Notes: generated from the letters alone by a model not told the origin. A stretch of 64,000 nucleotides of DNA from Trichococcus sp. (GCF_049589555.1 NZ_JBAWAZ010000013.1:187-64186); one strand, 5' to 3'; counted from the stretch's first letter, positions 49,353 through 57,613 are shown. A program made the numbers and translations.

Positions 49353-50192
49353 ATGAATGAAATTATCGAGTTGCGCAATGTGACTTTTTCCTATTCAGAG
49401 GAAGATGCAAGACCGGCATTGAACAACGTTTCCTTGACAATCCAGCAAGGTGAGTGGATCGCCATCATCGGGCCAAACGGTTCAGGCAAGTCAACCTTGG
49501 CTAAAACGATCAACGGCTTGATAGAAGCGAACTCCGGAGAAGTGATCATTGAAGGGATACCTTTGAATGCAGAGACGGTTTGGGACGTCCGAAAAAAAAT
49601 CGGGATGGTTTTCCAGAATCCGGACAATCAGTTTGTCGGTTCGACCGTGCAGGACGATGTTGCTTTCGGTTTGGAGAATGTCGGCATACCGCGCGAGGAA
49701 ATGGTGAAGCGCGTTGCTGATGCTGTAGCGGCTGTGAACATGGCCGACTTCATGGATAAGGAACCGGCACGTCTTTCGGGCGGACAGAAGCAACGGGTGG
49801 CGATCGCTGGGATCGTGGCTTTGTCTCCTGACATCATCATCCTTGATGAGGCGACGACCATGTTGGACCCTGAAGGCCGTCATGAAGTCATCGAGACCAT
49901 CCAGGAGATCAAGGAAAAAGAAAATTTGACTGTGATTTCGATCACCCATGACATCGATGAGGCCGCCAAAGCGAACCGCATCTTTGTGATGGAAGCCGGG
50001 CAGTTGAAACGGATCGGCACACCGGAAGAAATATTCAGCTTGGGCAAGGAAATCATCGATATCGGTTTGGATATCCCATTCCCTGAAAAGCTGAAATACC
50101 AATTGAAGAGACAGGGACTGGAAGTTCCTGAAGAATATTTGACTGAGGAAGGGATGGTGAGTTGGTTATGGACATTACTTTCGAAAAAGTAG
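49353..50192 (+). CDS. ecfA1: ECF transporter energy-coupling ATPase A1
   Basis: Walker A GPNGSGKST, LSGGQKQR, IIILDEAT; conserved position after rplQ. Confidence 0.95.
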   Translation: MNEIIELRNVTFSYSEEDARPALNNVSLTIQQGEWIAIIGPNGSGKSTLAKTINGLIEANSGEVIIEGIPLNAETVWDVRKKIGMVFQNPDNQFVGSTVQDDVAFGLENVGIPREEMVKRVADAVAAVNMADFMDKEPARLSGGQKQRVAIAGIVALSPDIIILDEATTMLDPEGRHEVIETIQEIKEKENLTVISITHDIDEAAKANRIFVMEAGQLKRIGTPEEIFSLGKEIIDIGLDIPFPEKLKYQLKRQGLEVPEEYLTEEGMVSWLWTLLSKK

Positions 50193-51079
50193 GCTATTCC
50201 TACTCGGCCGGAACGCCTTTCGAAAATCGGGCCCTCTATGATGTGAATCTGAATATCCCGGACGGCAGCTATACGGCATTGATCGGCCATACCGGCAGCG
50301 GCAAGTCGACGGTCACGCAGCATCTGAACGCATTATTGAAGCCAACTGAAGGCAGCGTAACGATCGGGGACCGCATCATAACGAACAAATCGAACAACAA
50401 AAACCTGAAGGACCTGCGCAAAAAAGTGGGGATTGTGTTCCAGTTTCCGGAGTCGCAGCTGTTCGAGGAGACTATCGCGAAGGATATCGCCTTCGGTCCG
50501 ATGAACTTCGGCGTCAGCGAAGCGGACGCAATGGCGATCGTGAGGCGCGTGTTGCCTTTGGTCGGCTTGGATGAGTCCTTCATGGAACGTTCCCCGTTCG
50601 ACCTCTCAGGGGGTCAAATGAGACGCGTAGCGATCGCCGGAGTATTGGCGATGGAACCGGAAGTACTGGTCTTGGATGAACCGACAGCTGGATTGGATCC
50701 TGCCGGCAGACGCGAAATCATGAATATGTTTTATCAACTCCATATCGACAAAGGACTGACCATCGTATTGGTTACGCATCAGATGAATGATGTCGCAACG
50801 TTTGCGGATCATGTGGTCATCCTTGAGAAAGGCACGGTTGTCCGGATGGGCCCGCCAGCAGAGATTTTCCAGGATGCCGCTTGGCTCCAGGAGAAACAAT
50901 TGGGCTTGCCATCCGCACTGGCTTTTCTGGATACATTCAGCAAAAAGACAGGCATCGATTTTGGAAACGAAAGACCGCTGCGTACGGAACAACTGGCGGC
51001 TGTGCTGATCGCGAAAATAAATGAGAAAAAAGGCTCCAAAGATGCCGCTAAGGAAGAGGGTGGCATCGATGTTGGATAA
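50168..51079 (+). CDS. ecfA2: ECF transporter energy-coupling ATPase A2
   Basis: Walker A GHTGSGKST, LSGGQMRR, VLVLDEPT; ATG 50168 overlaps the ecfA1 end. Confidence 0.95.
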   Translation: MDITFEKVGYSYSAGTPFENRALYDVNLNIPDGSYTALIGHTGSGKSTVTQHLNALLKPTEGSVTIGDRIITNKSNNKNLKDLRKKVGIVFQFPESQLFEETIAKDIAFGPMNFGVSEADAMAIVRRVLPLVGLDESFMERSPFDLSGGQMRRVAIAGVLAMEPEVLVLDEPTAGLDPAGRREIMNMFYQLHIDKGLTIVLVTHQMNDVATFADHVVILEKGTVVRMGPPAEIFQDAAWLQEKQLGLPSALAFLDTFSKKTGIDFGNERPLRTEQLAAVLIAKINEKKGSKDAAKEEGGIDVG

Positions 51080-51866
51080 ATTATTGTTCGGGCGCTACAT
51101 CCAAGGCAACTCGCTGATCCATCGACTGGATCCGCGAGCGAAGCTGATCGGAGCTTTCTATTTCATCCTTGTCATTTTCCTGGCCAATAACTGGCAGACC
51201 TATCTGATCATGACATTGTTCACATTCCTGTGCGTCATCCTGTCCGACATCAAACTGACGGTCTTTCTGAACGGTGTGAAGCCGCTGATTTGGCTGATCC
51301 TGTTCACGGTGTTGCTGCAGATCCTCTTCACACGGGGCGGGGAAACATACCTGGAACTGGGGCCGATCAGCATCACTTCGTTCGGGGTGATCAACGGCGC
51401 CTTCATCTTCATGCGCTTCGTACTGATCATCTTCATTTCGACGTTGTTGACGCTCACGACGATGCCGCTGTCGTTGACCGATGCGATCGAAAAGTTGCTT
51501 GGGCCATTGAAACGCTTTAAGGTTCCTGTCCATGAAATCGCCTTGATGCTTTCCATCGCACTGCGTTTCGTGCCGACATTGATGGATGAAGCATCGAAGA
51601 TCATGAACGCGCAACGGGCTCGCGGCGTCGAGTTCGGCGAAGGCAATATCGTCAAGCAGATGAAGGCAGTCACACCGATCTTGGTGCCGCTGTTCGTCAG
51701 CTCGTTCAATCGTGCCGATGAATTGGCGAACGCCATGGAAGCACGCGGGTATCAGGGCGGGGAAGGCCGGACGAAATATCGCGTTCTCGATTGGCAGTTG
51801 CGCGATACGCTGAGCCTGCTGGCGTTTGTCGCACTGACAGGGCTGTTGTTGTTCTTCCGATCTTGA
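51069..51866 (+). CDS. ecfT: ECF transporter transmembrane component T
   Basis: MLDKLLFGRYIQGNSLIHRLDPRAKL... and ARG motifs (AQRARG, AMEARGY). Start at ATG 51069 after GGAAGAGGGTGG. Confidence 0.93.
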   Translation: MLDKLLFGRYIQGNSLIHRLDPRAKLIGAFYFILVIFLANNWQTYLIMTLFTFLCVILSDIKLTVFLNGVKPLIWLILFTVLLQILFTRGGETYLELGPISITSFGVINGAFIFMRFVLIIFISTLLTLTTMPLSLTDAIEKLLGPLKRFKVPVHEIALMLSIALRFVPTLMDEASKIMNAQRARGVEFGEGNIVKQMKAVTPILVPLFVSSFNRADELANAMEARGYQGGEGRTKYRVLDWQLRDTLSLLAFVALTGLLLFFRS

Positions 51867-51995
51867 ACGCATACGGGCTGAGTCAGCCGCTATAGAACGA
51901 GTCTGGGGACCGGGTAGCATTTCCGGTCCCTTTTAAAATAGAAAAAACTATAATCCCACAAATTATCCAGAAAAAGAAAGGGGCATACGCCAACC

Positions 51996-52769
51996 ATGAC
52001 TGCACAACGATACAAATGCATCGTGCAATATGACGGAACGGGTTATGTGGGCTATCAGGTCCAACCTAACGGCAACAGTGTCCAGACGGAAATCGAAAAA
52101 GCTCTGAAAAAAATGTCGAATGGGCAAGTCATTCCGATCCATGCATCCGGCCGGACGGATTCAGGCGTCCATGCGCTCGGACAAGTCATCCACTTTGATT
52201 ACCCGGCTGCAATCAAGCCTGATCATCTGCTGCGGGCGTTGAACAGTTTGCTGCCTGATGACATTTTGATCAAATCGGTGGAGCTCGCTGCAGAGGAGTT
52301 CCATTCGCGTTATCATGCGATGGGGAAAAAATACATTTACCGGGTCGATCTTGATCGCTTCCCGAACCCATTCAAACGACTCTACACGACGCACCATCCT
52401 TACCGCTTCAATATGGAAAATCTGGAACGGGCCATCAAAAAACTGGAAGGCGAGCACGACTTCACCAGTTTCTGTTCGACAAAAACGGACAAGACCGACT
52501 TGGTCCGGACTGTCTATGAAGCGAGCGTCAGGAAGGACGAGGAAAACAATGAGCTGGTCTTCACTTTCAGAGGCAATGGCTTTCTCTATAATATGATCCG
52601 CATTTTCGTGGGGACGCTGTTGCAGATCGCTGACGGCCTGAAAAAGGTCGAGGAAATCGACCGCCTTTTGGAAGTGAAAGATCGACGCAAAGCCGGACCG
52701 ACAGCCCCGTCGCAAGGATTGTATCTCGTGGAAGTTTATTACGATGAAGAAAGATTAAGGAATGGATAG
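51996..52769 (+). CDS. truA: tRNA pseudouridine(38-40) synthase
   Basis: YDGTGYVGYQVQPN, catalytic GRTDSGVHA; position after ecfT. Confidence 0.95.
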   Translation: MTAQRYKCIVQYDGTGYVGYQVQPNGNSVQTEIEKALKKMSNGQVIPIHASGRTDSGVHALGQVIHFDYPAAIKPDHLLRALNSLLPDDILIKSVELAAEEFHSRYHAMGKKYIYRVDLDRFPNPFKRLYTTHHPYRFNMENLERAIKKLEGEHDFTSFCSTKTDKTDLVRTVYEASVRKDEENNELVFTFRGNGFLYNMIRIFVGTLLQIADGLKKVEEIDRLLEVKDRRKAGPTAPSQGLYLVEVYYDEERLRNG

Positions 52770-52780
52770 GGGGAAGATGG

Positions 52781-53044
52781 ATGTTTAAAAAGGAAAGAGC
52801 GGAAATCGATGCCATCGACCAAGAGTTGGTGAAGCTGTTCGAACGCCGGATGGATGCAGTCACGGAAATCGCGCGGATCAAGAAAGAGAACGAGCTGCCG
52901 ATTCTGGACCAATCCAGGGAAGACAAGGTGCTGGATAAAGTACGTGGGCTGACCGAGAACAAAGCCTACGAAGACAGCATGGAAGACCTCTTCCGTTCCC
53001 TGATGACGATCACAAAAGCATTCGAAACCAAGCAGAACGAATAA
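52781..53044 (+). CDS. Chorismate mutase, AroQ (type II) class, monofunctional
   Basis: 87 aa all-helical; R-x-ID-x-ID-x-x-L/V-x-L-x-x-RM pattern (RAEIDAIDQELVKLFERRM), IKKENELPILDQSRE. Confidence 0.8.
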   Translation: MFKKERAEIDAIDQELVKLFERRMDAVTEIARIKKENELPILDQSREDKVLDKVRGLTENKAYEDSMEDLFRSLMTITKAFETKQNE

Positions 53045-53064
53045 TAGAGCAAAAAGCATGCTGA

Positions 53065-53110
53065 AAAGCGGCTGTGTAAAAGACGAAATCTTTTCCACAC
53101 CCGCTTTTTT
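53065..53110 (+). terminator. Rho-independent terminator after the chorismate mutase gene
   Basis: AAAGCGGCTGTG (53065-53076) / CACACCCGCTTT (53096-53107), one mismatch, then T6. Confidence 0.7.
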
Positions 53111-53293
53111 GCGTTCTAGGGCAATGGAAGTCGGCGCCAGCTCCGGTGTAGCCATCGCTCATCGGAGGACAGCTTCTGTAATCTCCGCCAGCTCCTATGA
53201 AGCAGCCCCCACCGGAGCTGACGCTCCCGCAAACTGTCCGAACTCCGGCGAGGCCGTCGTTCACCGGAGGAAATCACCGGAGGACAGCTCCAA

Positions 53294-53337
53294 TAACAAA
53301 AACCTCCGTCAAGCGCTATGCCGCTCTTCGGAGGTTT
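53294..53337 (-). terminator. Rho-independent terminator of the Cys/Met PLP enzyme gene
   Basis: AAACCTCCG...CGGAGGTTT long hairpin. The plus-strand A-run at 53294-53300 gives a T-run on the minus strand. Confidence 0.75.
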
Positions 53338-53367
53338 CCAACATATTTTCTTTTGCGATCTACCTTA

Positions 53368-54480
53368 TCAGACTTTGGCAACAACCGCAGCCTTCGCAAA
53401 GGCCTGACGCAGATCGGCGATCAGGTCATCCGCATCCTCGATTCCTGTCGAGATGCGCAGCAGATCGTCCGTCAAGCCATAGGATTCGCGGACTTCAACC
53501 GGAATATCGGCATGGGTCTGGGTAGTCGGGTAGGTGATCAGACTCTCTACGCCGCCCAGGCTTTCAGCGAAAGTGAAGATGTTCAGGGCATCCAACACGG
53601 CAGGGATGTACGCTTTATCATGGAGCGTGAAGCTGAGCATCCCGCCTTTGCCCGGATAGTAGACCGATTTGATCAGATCTTCCGATTCCAGATAGGCCAC
53701 GACAGCATTTGCATTCGCCTGATGCTGCTTCATGCGCAACGGCAACGTCTTCATTCCGCGGACCAAGAGCCAACAGTCGAAGGCGTCCAACGTTCCGCCT
53801 GCGGTATTCAGTTGGAAAGCCAATTTTTCCCCAAGAGCCTTGTCGTTCGTCACGACTGCACCCGCCAACAGGTCGTTGTGGCCGCCGAGGTATTTGGTGG
53901 CGCTGTGGACGACGATATCGGCGCCCAGATCCAAAGGACGCTGCAGCAGAGGTGTGTAGAAGGTGTTGTCCACAATCACCAGTAAGCCGTGTTTTTTTGC
54001 GATCTCAGCCACAGCCGAGATATCCGTTTCCTTCATGAGCGGGTTCGTCGGCGTTTCGATGTAGACAGCAGCCGTGTTGTCCTGGATGGCGGACGCGATA
54101 TCGAGCGGGTCATCGACATAAGTGAAGGAGTAGAAGCCTTTTCTCTCCATATCCTGGAAATAACGGAAGCTGCCGCCGTAAAGGTCCCTGGATGCGACGA
54201 AATGGCTATTGGCCGGGAAAATGCTGAACGCGAGCTGAATAGCGCTCATACCAGAGCTGGTAGCGAACCCTTGGACGCCGTTCTCAAGGACAGCCAAGCC
54301 TTCCTGAAGGATATCCCTAGTCGGATTGGCAGTGCGGGTATAGTCATAGCCGGTCGATTGACCCAAGCCAGGATGTCCATAAGCTGTGGACAAATAAATC
54401 GGTGCACTGACGGCGCCGGTTTTCGGATCTTTTCTGTTGCCCAATTGCGCAAGATAACTTTGAATGCTGATATTATCCAT
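53368..54480 (-). CDS. Cys/Met-metabolism PLP-dependent enzyme (cystathionine gamma-synthase / beta- or gamma-lyase family)
   Basis: PIYLSTAY, YTRTANPT, ATKYLGGHND (PLP lysine) motifs. Start at ATG 54480 (MDNISIQSYL) after AAGGGGA. Confidence 0.9.
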   Translation of the reverse strand: MDNISIQSYLAQLGNRKDPKTGAVSAPIYLSTAYGHPGLGQSTGYDYTRTANPTRDILQEGLAVLENGVQGFATSSGMSAIQLAFSIFPANSHFVASRDLYGGSFRYFQDMERKGFYSFTYVDDPLDIASAIQDNTAAVYIETPTNPLMKETDISAVAEIAKKHGLLVIVDNTFYTPLLQRPLDLGADIVVHSATKYLGGHNDLLAGAVVTNDKALGEKLAFQLNTAGGTLDAFDCWLLVRGMKTLPLRMKQHQANANAVVAYLESEDLIKSVYYPGKGGMLSFTLHDKAYIPAVLDALNIFTFAESLGGVESLITYPTTQTHADIPVEVRESYGLTDDLLRISTGIEDADDLIADLRQAFAKAAVVAKV

Positions 54481-54618
54481 CTTCGATTCCCCTTTATGCG
54501 AAATGACACACATGAGTGCATTATCATTTATTTATCATTTAAAATTAATGTTAGTGCAATGGTAGCATGAGGGTTTGAAGTGGTCAATATTTTTATGTAT
54601 TTAAAGTCAGTGATGCTG

Positions 54619-54654
54619 CGATAAATAACCGATCACGCTTGAACGGTTATTTAT
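54619..54654. promoter_or_regulatory. Perfect 12-bp inverted repeat (12-nt spacer) in a divergent promoter region
   Basis: GATAAATAACCG (54619-54630) - N12 - CGGTTATTTATC (54643-54654); no flanking T-run on either strand. Confidence 0.5.
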
Positions 54655-54725
54655 CTGGAATGATGTTAAAATTCCGAAACTCGCGTATAATGGAAGTATA
54701 AGAATGAATGAAGGAGAGTGGAAGA

Positions 54726-55079
54726 ATGGTAACGTTCATCAAAGAACTCAAGCGCATCCCACGCGGCGATGTGCCGGATTTTGTGGCTGCCGCTATGCCC
54801 CAGTTTTATGAAGCAATCGGATGTCCGAATGATGTGGTCCTTTCCGTGCAAGCCAGCATGGCGCATTACTCGACACCGAAAAAGAACGTCGCAGTCGAAG
54901 AATACGAAGCTTTTGAATTAACAATCACAAAAAAAGGGGAGTTCGTCTCGGTGGAAGACATCGTGAAGGACAACAGTATCATCGAAGCATTCAAGCCTTA
55001 CAAGACATCCGGCAAAGGTGCCTATCCATTTGTGCCGGCCGAGGTCATCGAGCAATTATATTTATATTTGAAAAAATAA
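54726..55079 (+). CDS. Hypothetical protein (117 aa), no family recognised
   Basis: Clean ORF; ATG 54726 lies 8 nt after AGGAGA; own terminator; no motif I can name. Confidence 0.6.
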   Translation: MVTFIKELKRIPRGDVPDFVAAAMPQFYEAIGCPNDVVLSVQASMAHYSTPKKNVAVEEYEAFELTITKKGEFVSVEDIVKDNSIIEAFKPYKTSGKGAYPFVPAEVIEQLYLYLKK

Positions 55080-55128
55080 AAAACAGGTTCCACAAACGCA
55101 GTTGCTGCGGGCGGGTGGAACCTGTTTT
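55078..55128 (+). terminator. Rho-independent terminator after the hypothetical gene
   Basis: AAACAGGTTCCAC (55081-55093) / GTGGAACCTGTTT (55115-55127) 13-bp stem. Confidence 0.85.
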
Positions 55129-55174
55129 GCGCTGAAAATGCGCTGAAAAGGATAAAATATTTCTTGTGAACCGA

Positions 55175-55203
55175 TTGACAACTCTCTCGGAATGTCGTAT
55201 CAT
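55175..55203 (+). promoter_or_regulatory. sigmaA-type promoter of rplM-rpsI
   Basis: TTGACA (55175-55180), 17-nt spacer, TATCAT (55198-55203). Confidence 0.75.
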
Positions 55204-55209
55204 ATAAGA

Positions 55210-55287
55210 CGGTATTGTTTGCCCCACGATGAGCCCCGGAAACTCAATTGGATCAAACAGACAGAGAAGAATATGGAGGAAACAAAC
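55210..55287 (+). ncRNA. Probable L13 ribosomal-protein leader (cis-regulatory 5' UTR of rplM)
   Basis: ~80-nt leader between a near-consensus promoter and the rplM GTG. Assigned by position, by analogy with the Firmicutes L13 leader. I did not verify the structure. Confidence 0.4.
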
Positions 55288-55731
55288 GTGCGTACAACAT
55301 ACATGGCTAAAGCAAACGAGATCGACCGCAAATGGTTCGTAATCGACGCGACTGACATCCCATTGGGACGTTTATCAACACAAGTTGCAACTATTTTACG
55401 CGGTAAAAACAAACCAACTTTCACACCACACGTAGATACTGGTGATTATGTGATTGTTATCAATGCAGACAAAGTTACATTAACAGGTAAAAAAGCATCT
55501 GACAAAATTTATTCCCGTCATTCAGGTTATCCAGGTGGGCTAAAACAAATTTCAGCTGGTGAATTACGTGCTAAGAATTCAAGAAAATTAGTTGAATTGT
55601 CTGTTAAAGGCATGCTACCTAAGAACTCTTTAGGTGCTAAACAATTCACTAAGTTACACGTATACGGTGAAGCAGTTCACCCACACGAAGCTCAATTACC
55701 AGAAGTTTTAGATATCACTAACCTAATTTAA
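55288..55731 (+). CDS. rplM: 50S ribosomal protein L13
   Basis: GTG 55288 lies 7 nt after GGAGGA and gives [21 protein letters not shown], the canonical L13 N-terminus. Confidence 0.97.
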   Translation: MRTTYMAKANEIDRKWFVIDATDIPLGRLSTQVATILRGKNKPTFTPHVDTGDYVIVINADKVTLTGKKASDKIYSRHSGYPGGLKQISAGELRAKNSRKLVELSVKGMLPKNSLGAKQFTKLHVYGEAVHPHEAQLPEVLDITNLI

Positions 55732-55744
55732 GGAGGGAATTTCA

Positions 55745-56137
55745 TTGGCACAAGCACAATATATCGCAACTGGTCGTCGTAAGAATTCGACTGCACGCGT
55801 ACGTTTATTACCTGGCACAGGTAAAATCATCTTCAACAAAAAAGACATGGAAGAATACATCCCATTCGCTTACTTATATGAAGTAATCAAACAACCTTTA
55901 AACCTTACAGGTACTTTAGGTAGCTACGATATCTTCGTTAACGTAAACGGCGGCGGATTCACTGGACAAGCTGGAGCAGCTCGTCACGGTATCTCTCGTG
56001 CATTATTAGAAGTAGATCCTGACTTCCGCGGACCATTAAAAGCAGCTGGTCTGTTAACACGTGACCCACGTATGGTTGAACGTAAGAAACCAGGTTTGAA
56101 AAAAGCTCGTAAAGCATCACAATTCTCAAAACGTTAA
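55745..56137 (+). CDS. rpsI: 30S ribosomal protein S9
   Basis: ...[23 protein letters not shown]...[12 protein letters not shown]; TTG start. Confidence 0.97.
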   Translation: MAQAQYIATGRRKNSTARVRLLPGTGKIIFNKKDMEEYIPFAYLYEVIKQPLNLTGTLGSYDIFVNVNGGGFTGQAGAARHGISRALLEVDPDFRGPLKAAGLLTRDPRMVERKKPGLKKARKASQFSKR

Positions 56138-56221
56138 TATTTATTGTATCAACGTTTTTAAAAAAGTTATTTGCTTCAATTTGGTTCAAACGACCAATTT
56201 GACAAATCAATTAACAGCCTT

Positions 56222-56252
56222 AAAGCATCGGCATCTTGCTGATGCTTTTTTT
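56222..56252 (+). terminator. Rho-independent terminator after rpsI
   Basis: AAAGCATC-ggcatcttgct-GATGCTTT followed by a T-run. Confidence 0.7.
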
Positions 56253-56313
56253 ATGGCATAAATTCAATAGAATGAAAGCATGGAGTGTTCCATTAACAAA
56301 GGCGGTGTAAACA

Positions 56314-56442
56314 GTGAATCCAAAAGAAAAAATGTTAGAAATAATCAAGAATAAACAAGGCGGCGGAAGGTCCAAACAAATCGACACGCCGAAAAATGAT
56401 ATCAAGAACATGCGCAAAGGTCCAAAGATTTATAATAAGTAA
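56314..56442 (+). CDS. Candidate small basic hydrophilic protein (42 aa from GTG, or 36 aa from ATG 56332)
   Basis: Hand translation VNPKEKMLEIIKNKQGGGRSKQIDTPKNDIKNMRKGPKIYNK. Weak RBS AAGGCGG; followed 20 nt later by a strong terminator; not in the ORF track. Confidence 0.3.
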   Translation: MNPKEKMLEIIKNKQGGGRSKQIDTPKNDIKNMRKGPKIYNK

Positions 56443-56463
56443 GCTGATCTGCAATACTGTGAG

Positions 56464-56503
56464 GATCCCATTCGAAAGAGTGGGGTCTTTTTTTTGTTTT
56501 TTT
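56464..56503 (+). terminator. Rho-independent terminator (member 1 of a paralogous hairpin family)
   Basis: GATCCCA-ttcgaaagag-TGGGGTC followed by T8. Confidence 0.8.
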
Positions 56504-56710
56504 AGATGGAGTTTTCGTATAAAATTCAAGAGGGGCAATGAACAGTTAGTCAACCTTAACTTAATAGCAGAATATCTCCATTCTTAGAACACTGTTTACA
56601 ATAATTATTAACTTTCGTGAGCAAATTGTAAACGGTGTTATTAAATGAACAATTTGGCTGATTAACAAGGGGCCTCATGTTATTATTTGTGGTATCAGGG
56701 GGTGTTGTAT

Positions 56711-57067
56711 TTGAACTATATCAGAACATTTTTGGCGTATTGTTTAGCAGGTTTTTTGGTCCCTTACCTTTGGAGTTATGTTTCCATTTTGGGAATTTAT
56801 GCTGGTTTTGCAGCGGCAATATTAATAATTGGACCCGTTTGGTATATTGTTCACTACAAGGGTCTAATCTATCAAGACAGTGAGGCAGCGACAGTCGATA
56901 TGGGAGCTGGCATCGCAATTGCTGTTTTTACGAGAGATGTTTTATCTAAAGGGGTTTATAATAGCTTTTCATCATTACCAACAATTATTCTTTTATCAAT
57001 CGGTGCAGTGTTTGCAGCAGTAGTTTCACACTACTTTGAAAGAAGGAAGGGGAATCCTGATGTATAG
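56711..57067 (+). CDS. Small 4-TM membrane protein, paralog A (unknown family)
   Basis: Four hydrophobic segments. Shares IIGPVWYIVH...TVDMGAGIA with the next ORF. Start set to TTG 56711, 7 nt after AGGGGG (the track starts at 56687). Confidence 0.65.
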   Translation: MNYIRTFLAYCLAGFLVPYLWSYVSILGIYAGFAAAILIIGPVWYIVHYKGLIYQDSEAATVDMGAGIAIAVFTRDVLSKGVYNSFSSLPTIILLSIGAVFAAVVSHYFERRKGNPDV

Positions 57068-57398
57068 AGAAATATTAACAATTATAGGCGGATTTATATT
57101 ACCTTTCGCTATCATACAAGTATGGGGAAGGTTGGTAAACCGCTGGAAAGTAGTTGGAGGTTTTTTGTCAGCTTTTCTAATTGTTGGTCCAATTTGGTTA
57201 CTCAACCATGGAATGACTTTTTCTCTTATACACCAAACTGGAGGAGCTTTTGTTGATATGGGATTAGCAACTGGCGTAGGTATATTTGTGTATGGATTGC
57301 TAGGAGGAAAAAGTTTTCAAAAATCACTATACTTATTATCGGCTGCACTTCGTGGTGGGCTAATTGCAGGTATTTTACTCTATTTAGTCAGTAAATAA
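57060..57398 (+). CDS. Small 4-TM membrane protein, paralog B (unknown family)
   Basis: ATG 57060 lies 7 nt after GAAGGGG and overlaps the stop of paralog A by 8 nt. Shared motifs IVGPIWLLNH...FVDMGLATG. Confidence 0.65.
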   Translation: MYREILTIIGGFILPFAIIQVWGRLVNRWKVVGGFLSAFLIVGPIWLLNHGMTFSLIHQTGGAFVDMGLATGVGIFVYGLLGGKSFQKSLYLLSAALRGGLIAGILLYLVSK

Positions 57399-57478
57399 CT
57401 ATCCTTACATAACTCTTATGACTTCCAAAAAATATTTCGTGGGCGGTGCACTTGCTGCGCGCATATTACAAATTGGGT

Positions 57479-57507
57479 GATCCTATTCAGAAGAGTGGGA
57501 TCTTTTT
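57479..57507 (+). terminator. Rho-independent terminator (member 2 of the paralogous hairpin family)
   Basis: GATCCTA-ttcagaagag-TGGGATC followed by TTTTT. Confidence 0.75.
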
Positions 57508-57558
57508 GTATAGGATGAAAAGAAGGCAGCATGTATGATTGTTTTCCAGGCAAGTTGC

Positions 57559-57587
57559 TTTACAAAAGTTAGTTGCTGCTTTATGAT
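57559..57587 (+). promoter_or_regulatory. sigmaA-type promoter of the marR-nitroreductase-ABM operon
   Basis: TTTACA (57559-57564), 17-nt spacer, TATGAT (57582-57587). Confidence 0.6.
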
Positions 57588-57613
57588 TGATTAATCAACA
57601 GTTGACCGGTCAA
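57587..57613. promoter_or_regulatory. Twin 12-bp palindromes, probable MarR operator
   Basis: TTGATTAATCAA (57587-57598) and TTGACCGGTCAA (57602-57613), both perfect. They start at the last base of the -10. Confidence 0.55.

Noticed and set aside
51081-51920. 279-aa minus-strand ORF antisense to ecfT. Similar long antisense ORFs occur at 21141-22325 (ftsH), 12855-13607 and 12270-12848 (mfd), 15324-16064, 16766-17665, 53197-53985 and 53989-54570 (PLP enzyme), 59834-60460 and 26055-26786 (lysS)
   Set aside because: All are shadow frames opposite well-supported conserved genes. They have low-complexity, Arg/His/Gln-rich translations and no RBS, which is typical of antisense open frames in GC-moderate coding DNA.
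54481-54618. Expected S-box (SAM) riboswitch or T-box leader in front of the Cys/Met PLP enzyme gene
   Set aside because: The leader is only ~90 nt after the putative promoter and AT-rich. It has no conserved S-box/T-box core sequence or terminator/antiterminator pair that I could see.
56711-57398. The tandem small 4-TM proteins as a CrcB/FluC fluoride channel pair or an SMR/Gdx pair
   Set aside because: The CrcB signatures (GTLxVN, TTFSTF) and the SMR TM1 glutamate are missing. I could not recognise a fluoride or guanidine riboswitch-like sequence upstream.
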